Below, piece by piece: positions 1 through 14,803 of a stretch of 64,000 nt of DNA. A program made the translations under genes and the position numbers. The notes under the pieces were generated by a model, which searched no databases, was not told where the DNA came from, and worked only from the letters and a program-made list of their open reading frames with translations. Source of the DNA: Chrysomallon squamiferum (Eukaryota; Animalia; Mollusca). The stretch lies in contig CM022665.1 in the NCBI GenBank assembly GCA_012295275.1, positions 15,314,001-15,378,000 of the forward strand, in the 5' to 3' direction. Positions within the stretch are counted from its first letter, which is position 1. Each line of letters starts with the position of its first letter.

Positions 1-767
1 AGTCTTTTTCCTTGGATATTCTCAATTATTTATTTAATATCTATGAATGTTAAATTGAGGTGGATTTATATTAATTAAATCAGTACAAGCTTTAGCGATT
101 GTAGCTTTCTTTTATGGCTTTTAAACTTAGAATTCTGAATTGGTTCTGCCTTGTAATAGAAGCAGTATTTTGGTTAAACATATAAAAAAGATGTAATGTG
201 ATGATAATAATAACAGTAATTTAAAAAAAAATAAAAAAAAATTAAGAACTAGAGGAGGGACAAAAAAGAACAAAATTCAAATAAAGTCTAAAGAAAATGG
301 TTTTAATAAAATGCATTTAGAATATTGATATTAGTTTTGTTCATGTGAAAATCCTGTAAACACACTATAACCTTACAAAGAAATGTCATGAATAAACTGG
401 CCTTTGCATAAAACTGTTATTTCTTTCTTTTCTTTTCTATATGTTTTATTTTATTTTATTTTATATTTTTTCTGACATATTTACATGTGAATAAATTAAT
501 CAGTTAGTGGCAGAAAAATTGTATATTGATTTTTTTTAATTATGCAACCACTGAATAATCGTTGTTACGTAACTTTAACTAATTATCGTTATATTGTGGC
601 GTTGTTCACAAAGCATCCAGCAAAGAATGTTTCATTAAGTTGCAGTTTCAAAAACTGACAAGAACTACTGTGAAAACAATAATGATCCAAACAATTTATT
701 TTCAAGGATTTTATATTTGAAAAATGATTTTTTTTTTCTTAAATTTGTAAATTTAAATTTCTTTTTC

Positions 768-798
<31 letters not shown>

Positions 799-997
799 TT
801 ATTTTAGCTTGTCTTGGAGGTAATGAAAGTTGTAAATTTTAGATGTTGAGAAATTTTATATTCCTGGTGATTTTGTTTTGTGTTTGTGTGCAAGTTTGTA
901 ATTAATGTTTGAATTATTATTATTATTATTATTATTATTATTTTTTTTTTTTGAGTTACTTTAGTTCAGAATTGTTTCTAAATTTGTTTTGGATATA

Positions 998-1032
<35 letters not shown>

Positions 1033-1258
1033 TGTAATGAAACATTTCCACTTGTGCTATTGTATTATTTTGCTGAATGCACATATCTAACTCAGTACAA
1101 GTTCAGAAACAGGACATAAACTGGAAAATAAAATGTTTGGGAACACAAGCCCCTCTGTGTATCCTCCCATTTGGCCATAATTTAAAAAAAATAAAAGTTT
1201 GAGATCTTTTGTGATATTCATTGTGTGTCTGTATTTATTATGTATTTTTAATTTAATA

Positions 1259-1297
<39 letters not shown>

Positions 1298-2417
1298 TAA
1301 AAATTTCTCAGTACCTTTGTGCTTACAACACCTGGAGTGACTGTTTTAAAAAAAAAAAAATAACTGTAATAAAAGGTAATTGAGAAGTATATCATCTTTC
1401 GTAATTTTTTTCTCTTTCTCTCACGGAATTGGTACTTAATGCCAACAAAGAGGCAATGGCTACTAATGACTGGGAGTACATGTTTTATGTCAATTGTCAA
1501 GCAATAACAGCATATGATTATCTGATCATCTCACAGCTGGCGTTTGGTAGGTCACAGGGACCTAGATTTGTACTCTCTTGTGCAGGCAACACATTGCACT
1601 CAGGTGAATGTGGTTTTTTTACCTGGATACTTTTTTCTTTAAAGTCTCTTTCTTCTTTTCTTTCTTTCTTTGTTTCTTATTTTATTAAAATGTATTACTA
1701 GTTTTACTACTACTGTTGATATGTTGTTATGCAATTTGTGATTGTTATTATGATTATTTTAGTATGGATATATTATGATTATTGTTAGTTAATTTTATTA
1801 AAATTATTATTATTATTATTATTATTATTATAAATTGTTTATGATTCATGTTGAACACAATTAGCAGTTAGTAATGAATAGAAATTGGAACAAAAAGAAA
1901 AAGAAAATTTGGAAGAAACTACTGTTTTTGAAATCTTTCTTCTTTTCTTTATGTCCTTCATTTCATAATGTCTTTGTCATGCACTTACCCCTCTCAACCA
2001 TAAAAAAACAAAACTATATCCAATTATTACTAACTTGTTAAAAGTAGTTGCTTTTTTTTAAAGACATTTTTAACACTCATAAAAAATGGGAAATGTCAAG
2101 TGAAGTGAAAAAAAAATAATAAAAAATAATAATAAAATTGTGAAAAGAAATTTCAAACATTTCCATTAAAAAGGTATATTGAATACTTACACTTAGTGGA
2201 TTTCATGTATGATTTGTGTAGACGCAGAAGAGTGGTTTTGATTCAGAAGGTAACAAAGACTATTAGTATTAAATATCTGCACTATCAGCATGATTGATTT
2301 TTTTTTTTTTTTGCAGATTTTTTTTTGCAGATTTTTTTTTTTTAATTAGTCTTTTTCATTTACATGAAATGATGTAGAATCATATAATTATATTTGTGTG
2401 TGTGTTTTTGTTTTTGC

Positions 2418-2423
<6 letters not shown>

Positions 2424-2491
<68 letters not shown>
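2424..2491. repeat. (TA)n microsatellite
   Basis: Perfect TA run. Confidence 0.95.
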
Positions 2492-2493
<2 letters not shown>

Positions 2494-3486
2494 ATAACTA
2501 ATTACCTTTCAAATTTCAAATAAAATAAACTTATCTCTTTACACTTAATAAACTTAGTCTTGAGAGTAAATGTTTAAATTGAAAATGTAAGCCTCCAGGG
2601 TACATTTTAATTAATTTATGAGAAACCTTTTCTCTTGGTGCAAAGTCTTATCTTTATGGGGATGGGCTTGTTCATGTATATATAAGTAAATGTTTAATCT
2701 TTCATTGTTTCCTCATTGTGTTTAGTATATTATGTCTACTGAGCCTACTTGGCCATTATAATCGATTTTCTCTAGAGGTGGCTTTTAAAACTTTTAACTC
2801 AGTTTTCCATTAAGTCTGTTTTATCTTGTAAAGTGCTTATAAATAGTAGGTGCTGGTTCCAGTAATAATAAACTGAAATATGTAGATACTGATTGAAATC
2901 AATTTGCATCGCTTACTGTTATGCCATTAGTGTGTTGATAATGTTAACAGTAATATTGATATTGTTACTATTAATATTACTGATAATGAGTTTCTTTTCA
3001 CTTACTTGGGTGCACACTCTGTGTGTGTATTTTTCTGTTTGTTCTAGTTAAAAAGAATGAGATGGGTGCCTTTATTGAATTTATATGTTAATGTTTGGGT
3101 TATAAGAGTGCCAAGTCTATTTTAACAAAATGTATTATGTATAGATAGAACAAATAAATTATTATGTACTGACACTTCAAACAAAAATATGTAGTGTGTA
3201 TGTGTGTGTGTGGACAGAGATGGATTTATGTTTGCGAGAAAGATATACAGATCGATAAATCATCTTCTGATTGTTTGAAAGATATGTACAATTTGTTGTG
3301 TCATTAATCAACCATAAACGAATATGACAAACTACTTTTCTTCACAAACAAACTATATTAAGTCCTGTAAAAAGAGCGTTAAACAAATAAAAATAATAAT
3401 AGTAATAATAATAAAAACTTGCATGTGGATCACTAAAGGCATTTATTTCATTATTATTAATTTTTATTTTTTTTTTAAATTTGCAG

Positions 3487-4081
3487 ACAAAACAGGAGAT
3501 TTCTTTGACAGTGGAATCATGGGATGCCTGCAGCAGGAGTTGGAAGATCTCACGCGAAAGACAGACCTTACTGGCCTCGCTCACTCTGTGACATTCCACA
3601 GCATTGTGAGTACTAAGGTTCGTCCTTCTCTCTGTCTTTCCTTCTGTCCATTCTTCTGTTGTTTCATTCTTCATTTTTTCATCTGTTGTCTTTAAGTTCT
3701 TGTCGTTTTTTATGTTTTTGTTTTTTACTTATTTATTTTTTAGAAATTTTTCTGTTATTGTTTAATTTATTATTACTTATTTATTCATTTATAGATTTTT
3801 AAAAAAAATATATTTTATTTATTATTATTATTAAAAAAATTTATGCATTATTATTATTTTTTTATTATTAATTTTTCACTTGTCAAGTGTATTGGTTATC
3901 TTTTCTAGACTGATTTAAGTTGTGTTTTTTAGTTAATAATAAAAGTGTTTGTTACTGCTTTTATTTTTAATTAATTTTGTTAATTGATTTTCAAATTAAA
4001 TATGTAGATTGTTATACATATCTAATGTATAATTTTCATCACTGTTTTTTCTTTTTATCTTTTAATATTGTGTTTGTCTGA

Positions 4082-4116
<35 letters not shown>

Positions 4117-5419
4117 ATTTGTGTATGTTGTTTTTAATTTTTCTCCTTATCTTCCTTTTTGTTCTTGTCTTCCTTGTGCTTCTGTTCTATTTCTACTTCA
4201 TCTTCTGTTTCTAAATTTTTATCTTCTTTTTTTTTTGTGTCTTTTGCTTTTCTGCCATTTCTTTTTCGTATTTGTTTTTTTTTTCTTGCTGTTTTGTTTA
4301 GCATATAACTTTTCATTTTTCTTTTCTTTTTTTCTTCTGGTTTTCTCTACATTTTTTTCTACTGTTCCTTTTCTTCCAATTTCTCTACATTTTTTTCTAC
4401 TGTTCCTTTTCTTCCAATTTCTCTCTTTGTTATTATTATTATTTTTTTGTTTTCTCTTTCTGACTTTCCTGATTCTTCTTTTCTTCCTTTCTTCATTTTT
4501 AATTTCTTCTATGTCTACCTCTTTTCTTTTATTGTCGTGCATTTTTTGTTTGTTTGTTTGTTTTTTCTCCCTCTTTCTCTCATTCTTTTTCTGCTTCACA
4601 TATTTTTAAATACAGATAATGTCATTAAGTAATCACATGTCTTTGTTTGTACATGGTGCACTGAAATTTTGGTTTGATGGATTTTTTTCCAGGTGACTGC
4701 TAAAAGGAAAGAAGATTCTGGAAAAGTTAAAGTTTTACTACACTGGAATCCAGAGAACATGTGAGTTGTATTACTTATATGTTTTTTTTTTTAATTTATC
4801 TTTCTATTTTGTATATTCACATACATCCATACATACTCACTGACATATGCTCACTTATGCTCATACACACACACATGCAGACACTCACACACACATACTC
4901 CATAAACATATATGCCACAGAAAAGACATACATAATTATACTTACATAACAGAATTTCCTAAACAATGCCACTGTACCAAAAAGCAAGTCTTTCTTCGTC
5001 ACTGAGATAACCATATGTTTGACACCTAATAACCTGTGTGTCATTAAACAAATATCTCTCAGAAAACTAATCTAGATTCAGTTTAAATTACGTTTGTCAA
5101 TACTGGATATGTTTTCACAGCCCGCTGTCACATTCTGGGGCTGTAGAGAATTGTAGTGTAGCATTTACCAGGAATGGTGGATGTTAGTTGGCATGTGGCC
5201 TTTGTGCACATTTTGTTCTGTGTTTTGTGAACAAATTATTTGGTGTGCCAGATTTAGTGCACATTATTATTATTATCATTATTATTTGTATTTTACATTT
5301 TGTATACTGCACATACTGTTCATTGTTTTGTGAACAAATTATTTGGTGTGCCAAATCTTTTGCAGATTGTTATTGTTATTATTACCTTTGTTATCATGAT
5401 TATTTGATATTTTACACAC

Positions 5420-5452
<33 letters not shown>

Positions 5453-5609
5453 ATTTATTTTCTGTATGTTTGAAAAACTTTAAGAGTGAAAGTCTTTTTA
5501 TTAGAGCCATTTTGAGTGATTGTTAATTTTTTTTTTTATTAAACAGTACTGGAAAGTAATAACAGCAAATATTATAGATTATTAAATGTGTCAAAATATT
5601 TTAACAATA

Positions 5610-5645
<36 letters not shown>

Positions 5646-6058
5646 GTTGTGTTGTAATCTTGAAAGCTAATGTTACTTCTGAGGTTATTATTATTATTTT
5701 TTTCCCCAAAGTTTTTTAATTATTGATTATAATTTTATTATTATTATTATTATTATTATTTTTTTTTTTTTTTTTTTTTTTGTGTTCTCAGTTACCATCA
5801 CCATGTTACCAATTTATTTACATTTTACAAAATTTAGGTTAATTTTCTGGGTATTTTAAATTTATTTAAAAATATCATTTTTTTTTTTTTTTTTTTTTGT
5901 TTTTCCTCAGACTACCTGACACCTGGGTGCCCGAATCTCAAGTACCAGATTTGTCAGTGCGTGTCATTCCACTAACCCAACTACCTCGAGAAACTGCTGT
6001 TAATCTCCACCCATCACTCTACAGAGGTCATCGTTTCCGTAAACATCGCAGAAAATGA
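3487..6058 (+). CDS. AEBP2: AEBP2/jing (PRC2 accessory zinc-finger protein), 3' part; coding exons 3487-3605, 4693-4760, 5911-6058; 5' exons lie upstream of the window
   Basis: The exons have canonical AG/GT ends and compatible phases (entry 1, then 0, then 2). Spliced translation: [111 protein letters not shown]. This matches the vertebrate AEBP2 C-terminus as I recall it (DFFD...[37 protein letters not shown]...LPKDTALLLDPNIYR). Confidence 0.9.
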
Positions 6059-6779
6059 CGACACTGCAACGTAGTCAACTTCATTATAATAATAACCATC
6101 AACATCACAGGAGATAACCTAGAGCAACAACAACAACAACAACAACAACAACATTAGTTTCATCCAGTGTGAAAGAAATTATAAATTTTTAATTTTTTTT
6201 TTGGTTTGTTTTTGAGAATAAGATTTGTTACCGAGGACCAAGAAAAAAAACATTTATAAAGTCATCGCATAACTTGTTTTCAAACCTGCCATTTGGTCCT
6301 GTGAAAAACTATTCCTTAGTGATTTCATATTTGATCAAGTGCAATGTGTATGTTATGAAAGTGTGGCAAACTGGGTTTTTAAAAAAAAAAAAAAAAAAAA
6401 AAAACCTTTGAATTTGTCTTTTTATATAAATATAGACATATTTTGGATGTCACCAGCAAAAAACATTGCCATAATTTTTAATTGTATTTTATATACAAGT
6501 GATGTGTAAATGCGTATCTGTTGTTAGTAACAACCATCATGAAGTTGATTCTTTAGAAAACTTATCTTTGAACAAAATCTGCATTTCCTTCAAACACCAT
6601 ATTGTGTGTTTTTAGCAGCAGAAAGATATCATACATCAAATCTGTTAAAAATATTTGAAAATGTTCAATCTTTTTTCTGTCATTTCTGCACAGATGAAAG
6701 AGGATTTACTTTGAATTCAGTTTACCTGGAGTATGTAAATGAACTGTTCTACCCTGTTGTATGATACATGAATTTATTT

Positions 6780-7320
6780 AACACTGGTTGTCTGATCCGT
6801 ATATCTGTTTTACCTGCATTAAGCAATACATTTCTATCACATACATAAGTAATGGATATCACGTTATCCATCAACTGATCCACTAGATATATTTTTTTAT
6901 CTACATTGGATAATGGATACCAGATTGTCTCTCTCATTATCTGCTTGAAATATATCCATCAGATTATTCTTTCATTTCCTAGCAAATATCCATAAAATTC
7001 CTAGAAGATTATCTGTTGGATTATCAATAAAACTCCTACAATATTATTTGTTGGATTATCGATCACATTTCATTTAAGATTTGGAATAAAATTGCTCACA
7101 AAATTTACTTGCAGATCTTCTGTTGGATTATCTGTAACGTGTCCTAGAAGATTAACCAAAAACATTATGCATTAATTTCCTAGAAAATTAACCACCAGAT
7201 TATCCATAAAATGTCATAGAAGATTATCCATCAAATTTCCTAGGAGATTATGCAGCAGATTACCCATAAAATTTCCATTGGATTATCCATAGCATTTTCT
7301 GGCAGATTTTCCATGAAATC
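6780..7320. repeat. Degenerate minisatellite downstream of the AEBP2 stop
   Basis: Recurrent GATTATCCAT(A/C)AAAT and TTCCTAGAAGATTA motifs; boundaries approximate. Confidence 0.65.
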
Positions 7321-7846
7321 ATGTATCTAAATGTGTGTAAATGTATAACTGAATATCTCGGAACATGAAAAAATGTGTCAACAAGGACAATTTGTTCTCA
7401 TGTTTTTTGGTTTTATTTTACTGATGTGTACAGTCGTATGATTCTAATATAGTGACATCATCCAAAACACAATTCTCAACCTGACTTTCATTTTCAATTT
7501 TGTGTTTGTTTTGTGTGTATCTGGATAGATTAACAGATTCAGAGCTTCATGCAAGTTTTAATTGAAGATATTTTATATTCCATAATGAGTGATTTGACAC
7601 TTAGTTTTTTTGTCAGTGAATTTATTTATTTATTTTTATGGTTTTTATTATTATTTTAATTTTATTTTTAGGTGGGTTTTTTTTGAGGGGACTTAATATA
7701 AAAAAAAAAAAAAAAAATTGTTTGAAGATTTATTAAGTTTCATATAGTTTTCATTATGTCTCCATATTGATATTTAAATTAACTTAATTTTTAAACTACA
7801 AATTTCAATTTTTAGTTTTTATTTCTATTTTTCCCTTGTTTTTTTT

Positions 7847-7883
<37 letters not shown>

Positions 7884-8521
7884 TGTTTAAGCCCTATCAT
7901 TTCAATTTTAAGTCTTTATATTTTTTTTGTATTTTTTTGTGTATACTTCTGACCTGGCTATGTTATTACAATTAATATGGTTTCATAAGTAAAAAAAAAG
8001 ACTTATTAATGATTTTATCCACCTCAGAATATAACATTCAGCTATTATTTTTTTTTGTCAAAGATGTTTCCTCTTCAGTACAAATATCATCACAAAAAGC
8101 ACCTTCAGTTTAATTTTTATTGAATTATTTTCTTTTTATTTATTTATTTATTATCATCAGTACCATTATTTTTAATACTATTATTATGACCACTTTTACT
8201 GTGACCACTGTTGTTATGATTATTATTATTTTTATTATTATTATTATTACATAGGTGCTAAAGTGTTGTACCCGTATCATTGTTTGTACTGATCGTAAAA
8301 TCTTCAGAAATAGAAAAGTTTTCAGTTTTGAAATCTTTTTTTTTGTGAAGTTATAGTATGTACTACTGTACTAAAATCTTGTTTGTGCTTTTATGCAGTT
8401 TGATGTATACAAGACAATGTCAAGTCAGAATATTATGTGCAATTTAAAACTTTCACTACAACAGCCAAAGATAACCTCAACATGCAGATAAAACCTGAAC
8501 AAGTGAAATTAAATTTATAAC

Positions 8522-8552
<31 letters not shown>

Positions 8553-8645
8553 AAAGAAATTAGTTTAAATTAAAAAAAAATGTTTAGTGTCTGTTTTTAT
8601 GTTCACGTGGAAGTCATGTTTTCAGTTTTGGCTTGTTGGTACTTC

Positions 8646-8683
<38 letters not shown>

Positions 8684-9405
8684 TATATATATATATATAT
8701 ACAGTGTATATATATTTTTAATAACTATTGTTTTATATATATAGTTTTTTGTTATTTGTATATTTGTTTTTAAAGATTTTGTTGTAATAGGATTTAATTA
8801 AATGAATTTCTGTTGTTAGTGAAATATAATGTTTTAGTTCCTATATAGATTAAAAAAGTTTTCTCTTTTTTTAAATTGTTATTGTTATTATTTTTTATTT
8901 ATTTTATTATTATTTATTTTATTATATATATATTTTTTAAAAGATTCTTGTTACCTATTGATAACATGTAATCAAAAGATTGTATGATTAAAAACATAAA
9001 TAAATAACAAAGAAATCAACTAAACATTAAATCAATGCAGTTACAATTACACAATGTTAAAGCAAAAATAATAATAATAAAAAATAAAAAGTAATAACAT
9101 TAAATGAAAACAGTTTTGGGTTATTTTTATACACATAAAAATATATGAATAATTAACAGAGAAATTATTTATTCAGTAAATATAATTATTGTTACATCAT
9201 TTACCCCCCCAAAAAACACTTCTCTTTTCAAGTTATTTTTTTAAAACTTCTCCATAAGTAATTAATGAATAAGTTTATTTAAGATTTGATTAATTCTTTT
9301 TTAATATGTCCAGAACTGGATATAGTATCATACAGACAACAAAGAAAGGAAGTAAAGAGAAAAAAAGAGGTAAAAACTGCATAAAAGCTGCATGAGATTA
9401 TTATA

Positions 9406-9444
<39 letters not shown>

Positions 9445-12176
9445 TCTAAAATAACTGATCCAGTAGGTGGCATTTACCTTTTGGCAAATGAGATAATCAC
9501 TTCTGTGTCAATATTTAAAATAACACTACATATTCTGAACAATCACCAAGAATCATTTTGGGTGCTAAAATACTAAGAATCCACAAATAATGACCAAACA
9601 CAAACTAATTTTGTTGGAACACCAAACATTGTGAAGAACTTCTGATAACATGCTCTCATAAAATTAATGATAAATTTTGAACAAATTCCTAGAGCTAATT
9701 TTACACATTGTCAAATTACATACTGAAAAATGCCACAAATTCTAAATAAACTTCAATCAAATTGAATCAGAATTTATAATATATTTTTTTTTTTTATATA
9801 CAAAATTGCTGATATTAAAAACCTATAAATTACACATTATGCATTCTAATTAAAATAGATTGCAGTTTTACACCTAACATACTATTATGTCTACACTTTT
9901 TATTTCATTGTTCATAAATTCCAGTTCACATGAAATGATCAAGATAGCAAGACATGCTAGATTAAATTTGTAGTCAAAACATTTTTGTGGGACCACATTT
10001 TTTTTTGAAACTTAAAATGGACAATAAATTAACTTGTAAAGCCAAATATTTTCTGTCCATTTAAAGATCTGGATGTATTTGCAAAGATCTTAAAACAAAA
10101 CTTTATTCTTTTCTTTGGATGTTAGATATATTTTAGTTTAATACATAATTAAATATTACAAATAGATTTAGATTTTTTTTTTTTTTTTTTTACCCTCTCA
10201 TAAGCAAAAATTATTATTACTTTTTTTCTTTTTTCAATTTATTTATTTATTTTCTTAATAACATTCACTGAAATGAACTTTGTGTAAAATGCTGGCGTGT
10301 AAAGTAATCTGTGAGACCAGTTGTTAATTTTCTAAAAGAATGGACTTACCTTCTTTTTTATTCTCTCATTTTTTAAATACTGAGTCAAGAGTATTGGTTG
10401 AGATGGATAATTTTGTAAATGAATTGATTGTATTTAGCAATAATTATTTATAATTAGTCTTGATATGGTGGATATTTTACCAGTGTGTTTTGTACTATAG
10501 TATGTTACAGTATTTTTTAATTGTATCATGAAAGTGTGCTTCTTGTTACCTCATATTTTTATTTTATTATTATTATTTTTTTTTTTGTATGTATATGTGT
10601 GTGTGTAATTATGTGAACCACTTGAGTGGGGGGGACAAAAAAATTAATTTAAAAAAACAACAGCATGGCAGTGGTACAGTTATTTGTACATATGATTACA
10701 GTTAGGGCTTAACCATTCTGTGCCTTTGGGAGTCCAACACAAACTACAAAATGTACTAGTATTGTTAATAACTGAGTAAATGACAAAAACCCTTTGTACA
10801 TGGTTTTATTTAATATTATTATTATTATTATTTAGTTGTTGTTGTTTTTTGTCTATAGAAAATACCCAGTTTTATTTTATTAAGCATTATATATATATTT
10901 TATTTTATTTTTAGTTTTTATGGGGTTTTTTATAGATGCTTAAGGGGACTGTAATTTTCATGATGGATATACATGTATATATTTTTAAAATATTAATTTC
11001 TCTGAAAAAAATACCATAACACCTTGCTATGTTTGATACTAATCGAAAAAAACTGCAGAGTAAATTATATATTTAAATAAAATAGAGTAAAGAAAACAAT
11101 AATATTATAATAATAATTAATAAAGAAATGTTAACAATATTTTCTCTATTAACTATTCTAATTTAAGTTGGAATAATATGTAACTTCATTTACAGTGATT
11201 GAAATTTATAAAATTAATTTTAAATGAAAGAATTATATTAAAGTTATTAGATACTTTCATTATGCACCTCCAGAATTTTCACAATTTAATTGAGATATTT
11301 TCTTCATTGTTTTATATAATGTTAATAATGATCAAAAATAATATTGATCATTATAATAATGGCACTAATGATGATGATAACAATAGTTATAAATTAAGAA
11401 AAAAATGTTCATGTAATCCAGATAATGTATTAGTGATATAAAGTTTATCAAATTGTTTTGACTAGCAGCTATTACACTGTATTTGATATTTTAATTTATT
11501 TTATTTTTAATCCACAGTTTCTAAATATATACATAATATGAGAACCAGTATTCTTCTCTGTAAATATTTATTTCTGCTTAAATAAACATATCTTTTTTTT
11601 TTATCTTCTATATGTAAAAAAAAAACACTGAGCAATTAAGAAATACAGGAACAAAATTATATATGTATATACGCTTGAAAAAAACCTGATATTTTTTTTT
11701 CTTTTTAAATAAAAAATCATTGAGTATTTTGCTTCATAACAGAATGTGTAAATTATAAAAATAATGCAGTTTTAAAAGAATATTAAAATGTGTTCTGTTG
11801 TAATGGCTTTTTTTTTTTTTTGGTTTTATATTTATAAAATGTTAGAAACTTAAGCATTACCAGAATTTGGACCAAAGTTTGTTCATTAGATGTATTTGTT
11901 TAATTCTGTGTTTCAGATGAAAAAAAACAACAAACATTTTGAGATGAAACCACTTTCACAATGCTTGTTAGTAATTATTTTATTAATTACACATGTTAAA
12001 AATGTTAATTCAGAGTTTTACCTAATTCTGGTTCTATTTTCTGGTTTGTAATTTTGAAATTTCTCCTTTTCTGATTACTGACTTTGTTACCACGAGCTAG
12101 CTAATAATTTAACTTTTGTTACGATTTAATTGAAACTAATGTTAAAAATAAAATATAATTAAACAGCAAAAAAAAA

Positions 12177-12207
<31 letters not shown>

Positions 12208-13379
12208 TAAATAAATATAACAATAAAAAATTAATTATATTGATTTCAATGTTATTGAAGCATACATATTTTTTTTTCACATCTATACATACATGCATAA
12301 GCATTTAAATGGAAAATTAACACAGAACATCTTTATATACAGAAAAAGTACAGAACACATTATCTAGAATCAAGTTACTATGACATTCCTGAAGAAAATG
12401 ATACACTTGTACCATGTTTCAACTGGCTTAAAGAAATTTGACCTGAGTTTTTTTTAAATCCATATTAAAGTATCTTTGACCTTTGAAGGACAATAATTGT
12501 AATGCACATCTCTACAGTTAAAGCTATGGAATATAAAACCTAATTAGATTTCAGTGTTATGTATAAATGAAATTGATATTAATGAAATAATATTTATTGG
12601 CCCCAGTAGATCAGTTAAAATATGCTTGTAGATATACAAACAAACAGCCTAAATAGTTTGTGTATTTACGATTAGTTTATTTGTTTTGTGACACCAGCAT
12701 TGTAAATCATGAGTTAAAATGTCTTCTGAAAACAATATTTAATTCTAAGAATTTTAAAAACCTTTTCTTCTTATAATGCTTATTTTTGAAAATAAAACAT
12801 TTAGGACATAATATGTGTAAGCATAATTATTATTACTTCAGCAAGCACAGATGATTAAGATTGCTAGTTTTCTATTCTTATATCAAAATAACTGACAGTT
12901 TTAGTGAAATGATGCATTATTATTATTATTATTACTACTGATATTAAGCTTAAAATTATTTACACTGTTGAATTACTTAACCTTTTCCAACAGTCAAATT
13001 ATGCTCAGTATGCCAGAAATAAAAATATATCAAATTTAAACCTGAGATAAGCAAATTACATTTCTTTTTTTTTTTCCAAACAATAATTTTTGTCCTTTCT
13101 AAAATAATCTAAGTTCTAAGTGAAGGGGAGAAGGTGTAAAATGTACAATACACCTAGTGGAAAAAAATTACTATTTACTGTAATAATGGCAGCTGTTTAA
13201 AAACGTTTTTATTTTTTATTCTTTTAAATTATTTTTATTTATTTATTTATTTACACTGTTAAATTAAAAAAAAAATTCTCTTCCTTTTCTTTCATTATTT
13301 CTTTGAAATTATGCAAACTAATTTAATTATAGCAAATTAGAAATATAAAAATTGGTTCATAAGATTTTTGAAATTTAAA

Positions 13380-13830
13380 AAATATTTAACATTTCAAACT
13401 ATTCAGCATTCACAATATATGTTTCAACTATTTAATATTCAGGATACATTTTCTAACTTATCACTATTCAGAAAACAATTTCAGCTACTCAGAATTTAGA
13501 ATACTTTTTCAGGTAATTAACATTCAGGATACAAATTTCAGCTAATGAATTTTCAAATAATTGACATTCAGGATACATTTTAGCATTGAGATAATCTTTG
13601 AATTATACACCATCGATGGCAAAATTTTAAATATTACGTACTTGGGGAAAACATTGAGAATATGCATTCAGTTTCTAGCAGTTTGACATTCTCAATAAAC
13701 TTTCAAACTCGTGGTAAACTTCTAGGTAATTTAAACTTATTCAGCTTTTTATGGAAATGTTGAATTATTCAACATTCAGGATATGTTCTAAGCTGTTCAG
13801 TATTCAGGATACATTTTCAACTATTAACAC
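13380..13830. repeat. Degenerate ~27-bp minisatellite
   Basis: Repeated ACATTCAGGATACATTTTC(A)ACTATT-like units; boundaries approximate. Confidence 0.7.
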
Positions 13831-13925
13831 TGGATGCAAAGTATTGTTTATAAAATGTTTTAAAATTTATTAAATCTTTTTATTTAAAATTTTTTAAAAA
13901 ACCTTATTTATTTCTCCGTTATTAC

Positions 13926-13973
<48 letters not shown>

Positions 13974-14772
13974 CATCAATATTGTTACTGAAGCTGACTG
14001 AATTTAACCATAAAAAATAAAGATAATAATTTTTGCATTGTTATTCTTTGGTGTAATGGTATTGATAATGTTAATAAAAGAAAATTGTTGTTTACAAGAT
14101 TTGATTTTAAAATAATACAACTTAAAAATAATCAATAATTATTGAATTGTTAATTATAAAATATTTGTTATATTGTTTTTATGTGTTAAAATGGCCAGAA
14201 TGAAAAACTTGGTCCTTTTTGTAATAATTATTGCAACCTGACGCCAAAACTGTGCACACTGATAGTATTATGTTAAAATAATGTTAAAATATTATGTTAT
14301 GTATTTGTTGATGTGAAAAGAAAAACTGATTTCTTTTCAGAAAGTTATTCATTGTATAGGATATATATATAAACTGTTTGAAACATTTAAAAAGAAATTA
14401 ATTTGAAGATAAAAAAAAAAATTGCTTAAAAGAAAATCTGATCCATATCATTGAACCAGATCTGAAGTCGTATTTTGGCTGATTGAAGTTACAAACATAG
14501 ATTCCCAACTGCTTAAGATTCATCATTCATCTTGTAACATTTTGGCAGTTGGTAAATTTGGTTAAACATTCTGTCTGTTTCTCAGAAATTGAGGCATCCA
14601 TCAGTGTTCATAAAAGTGCTCTAAAACACATAATATTTATTAGGATTAATCTCTATCAGTTTCATTAGGTTATCTTAGAGATAAGGAACATATGTATCCA
14701 TTTTTAATAAAATACATGCGACTTAAGACCTGGTTCAGTGTGGCAGGTCACAAATATATTAAGTTTACAAAA

Positions 14773-14803
<31 letters not shown>

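Noticed and set aside
4088-4632. Long ORFs 4088-4609 (+) and 4219-4599 (-)
   Set aside because: Pyrimidine-rich low-complexity intron of AEBP2; the F/L-rich and K/R-rich translations are compositional artefacts.
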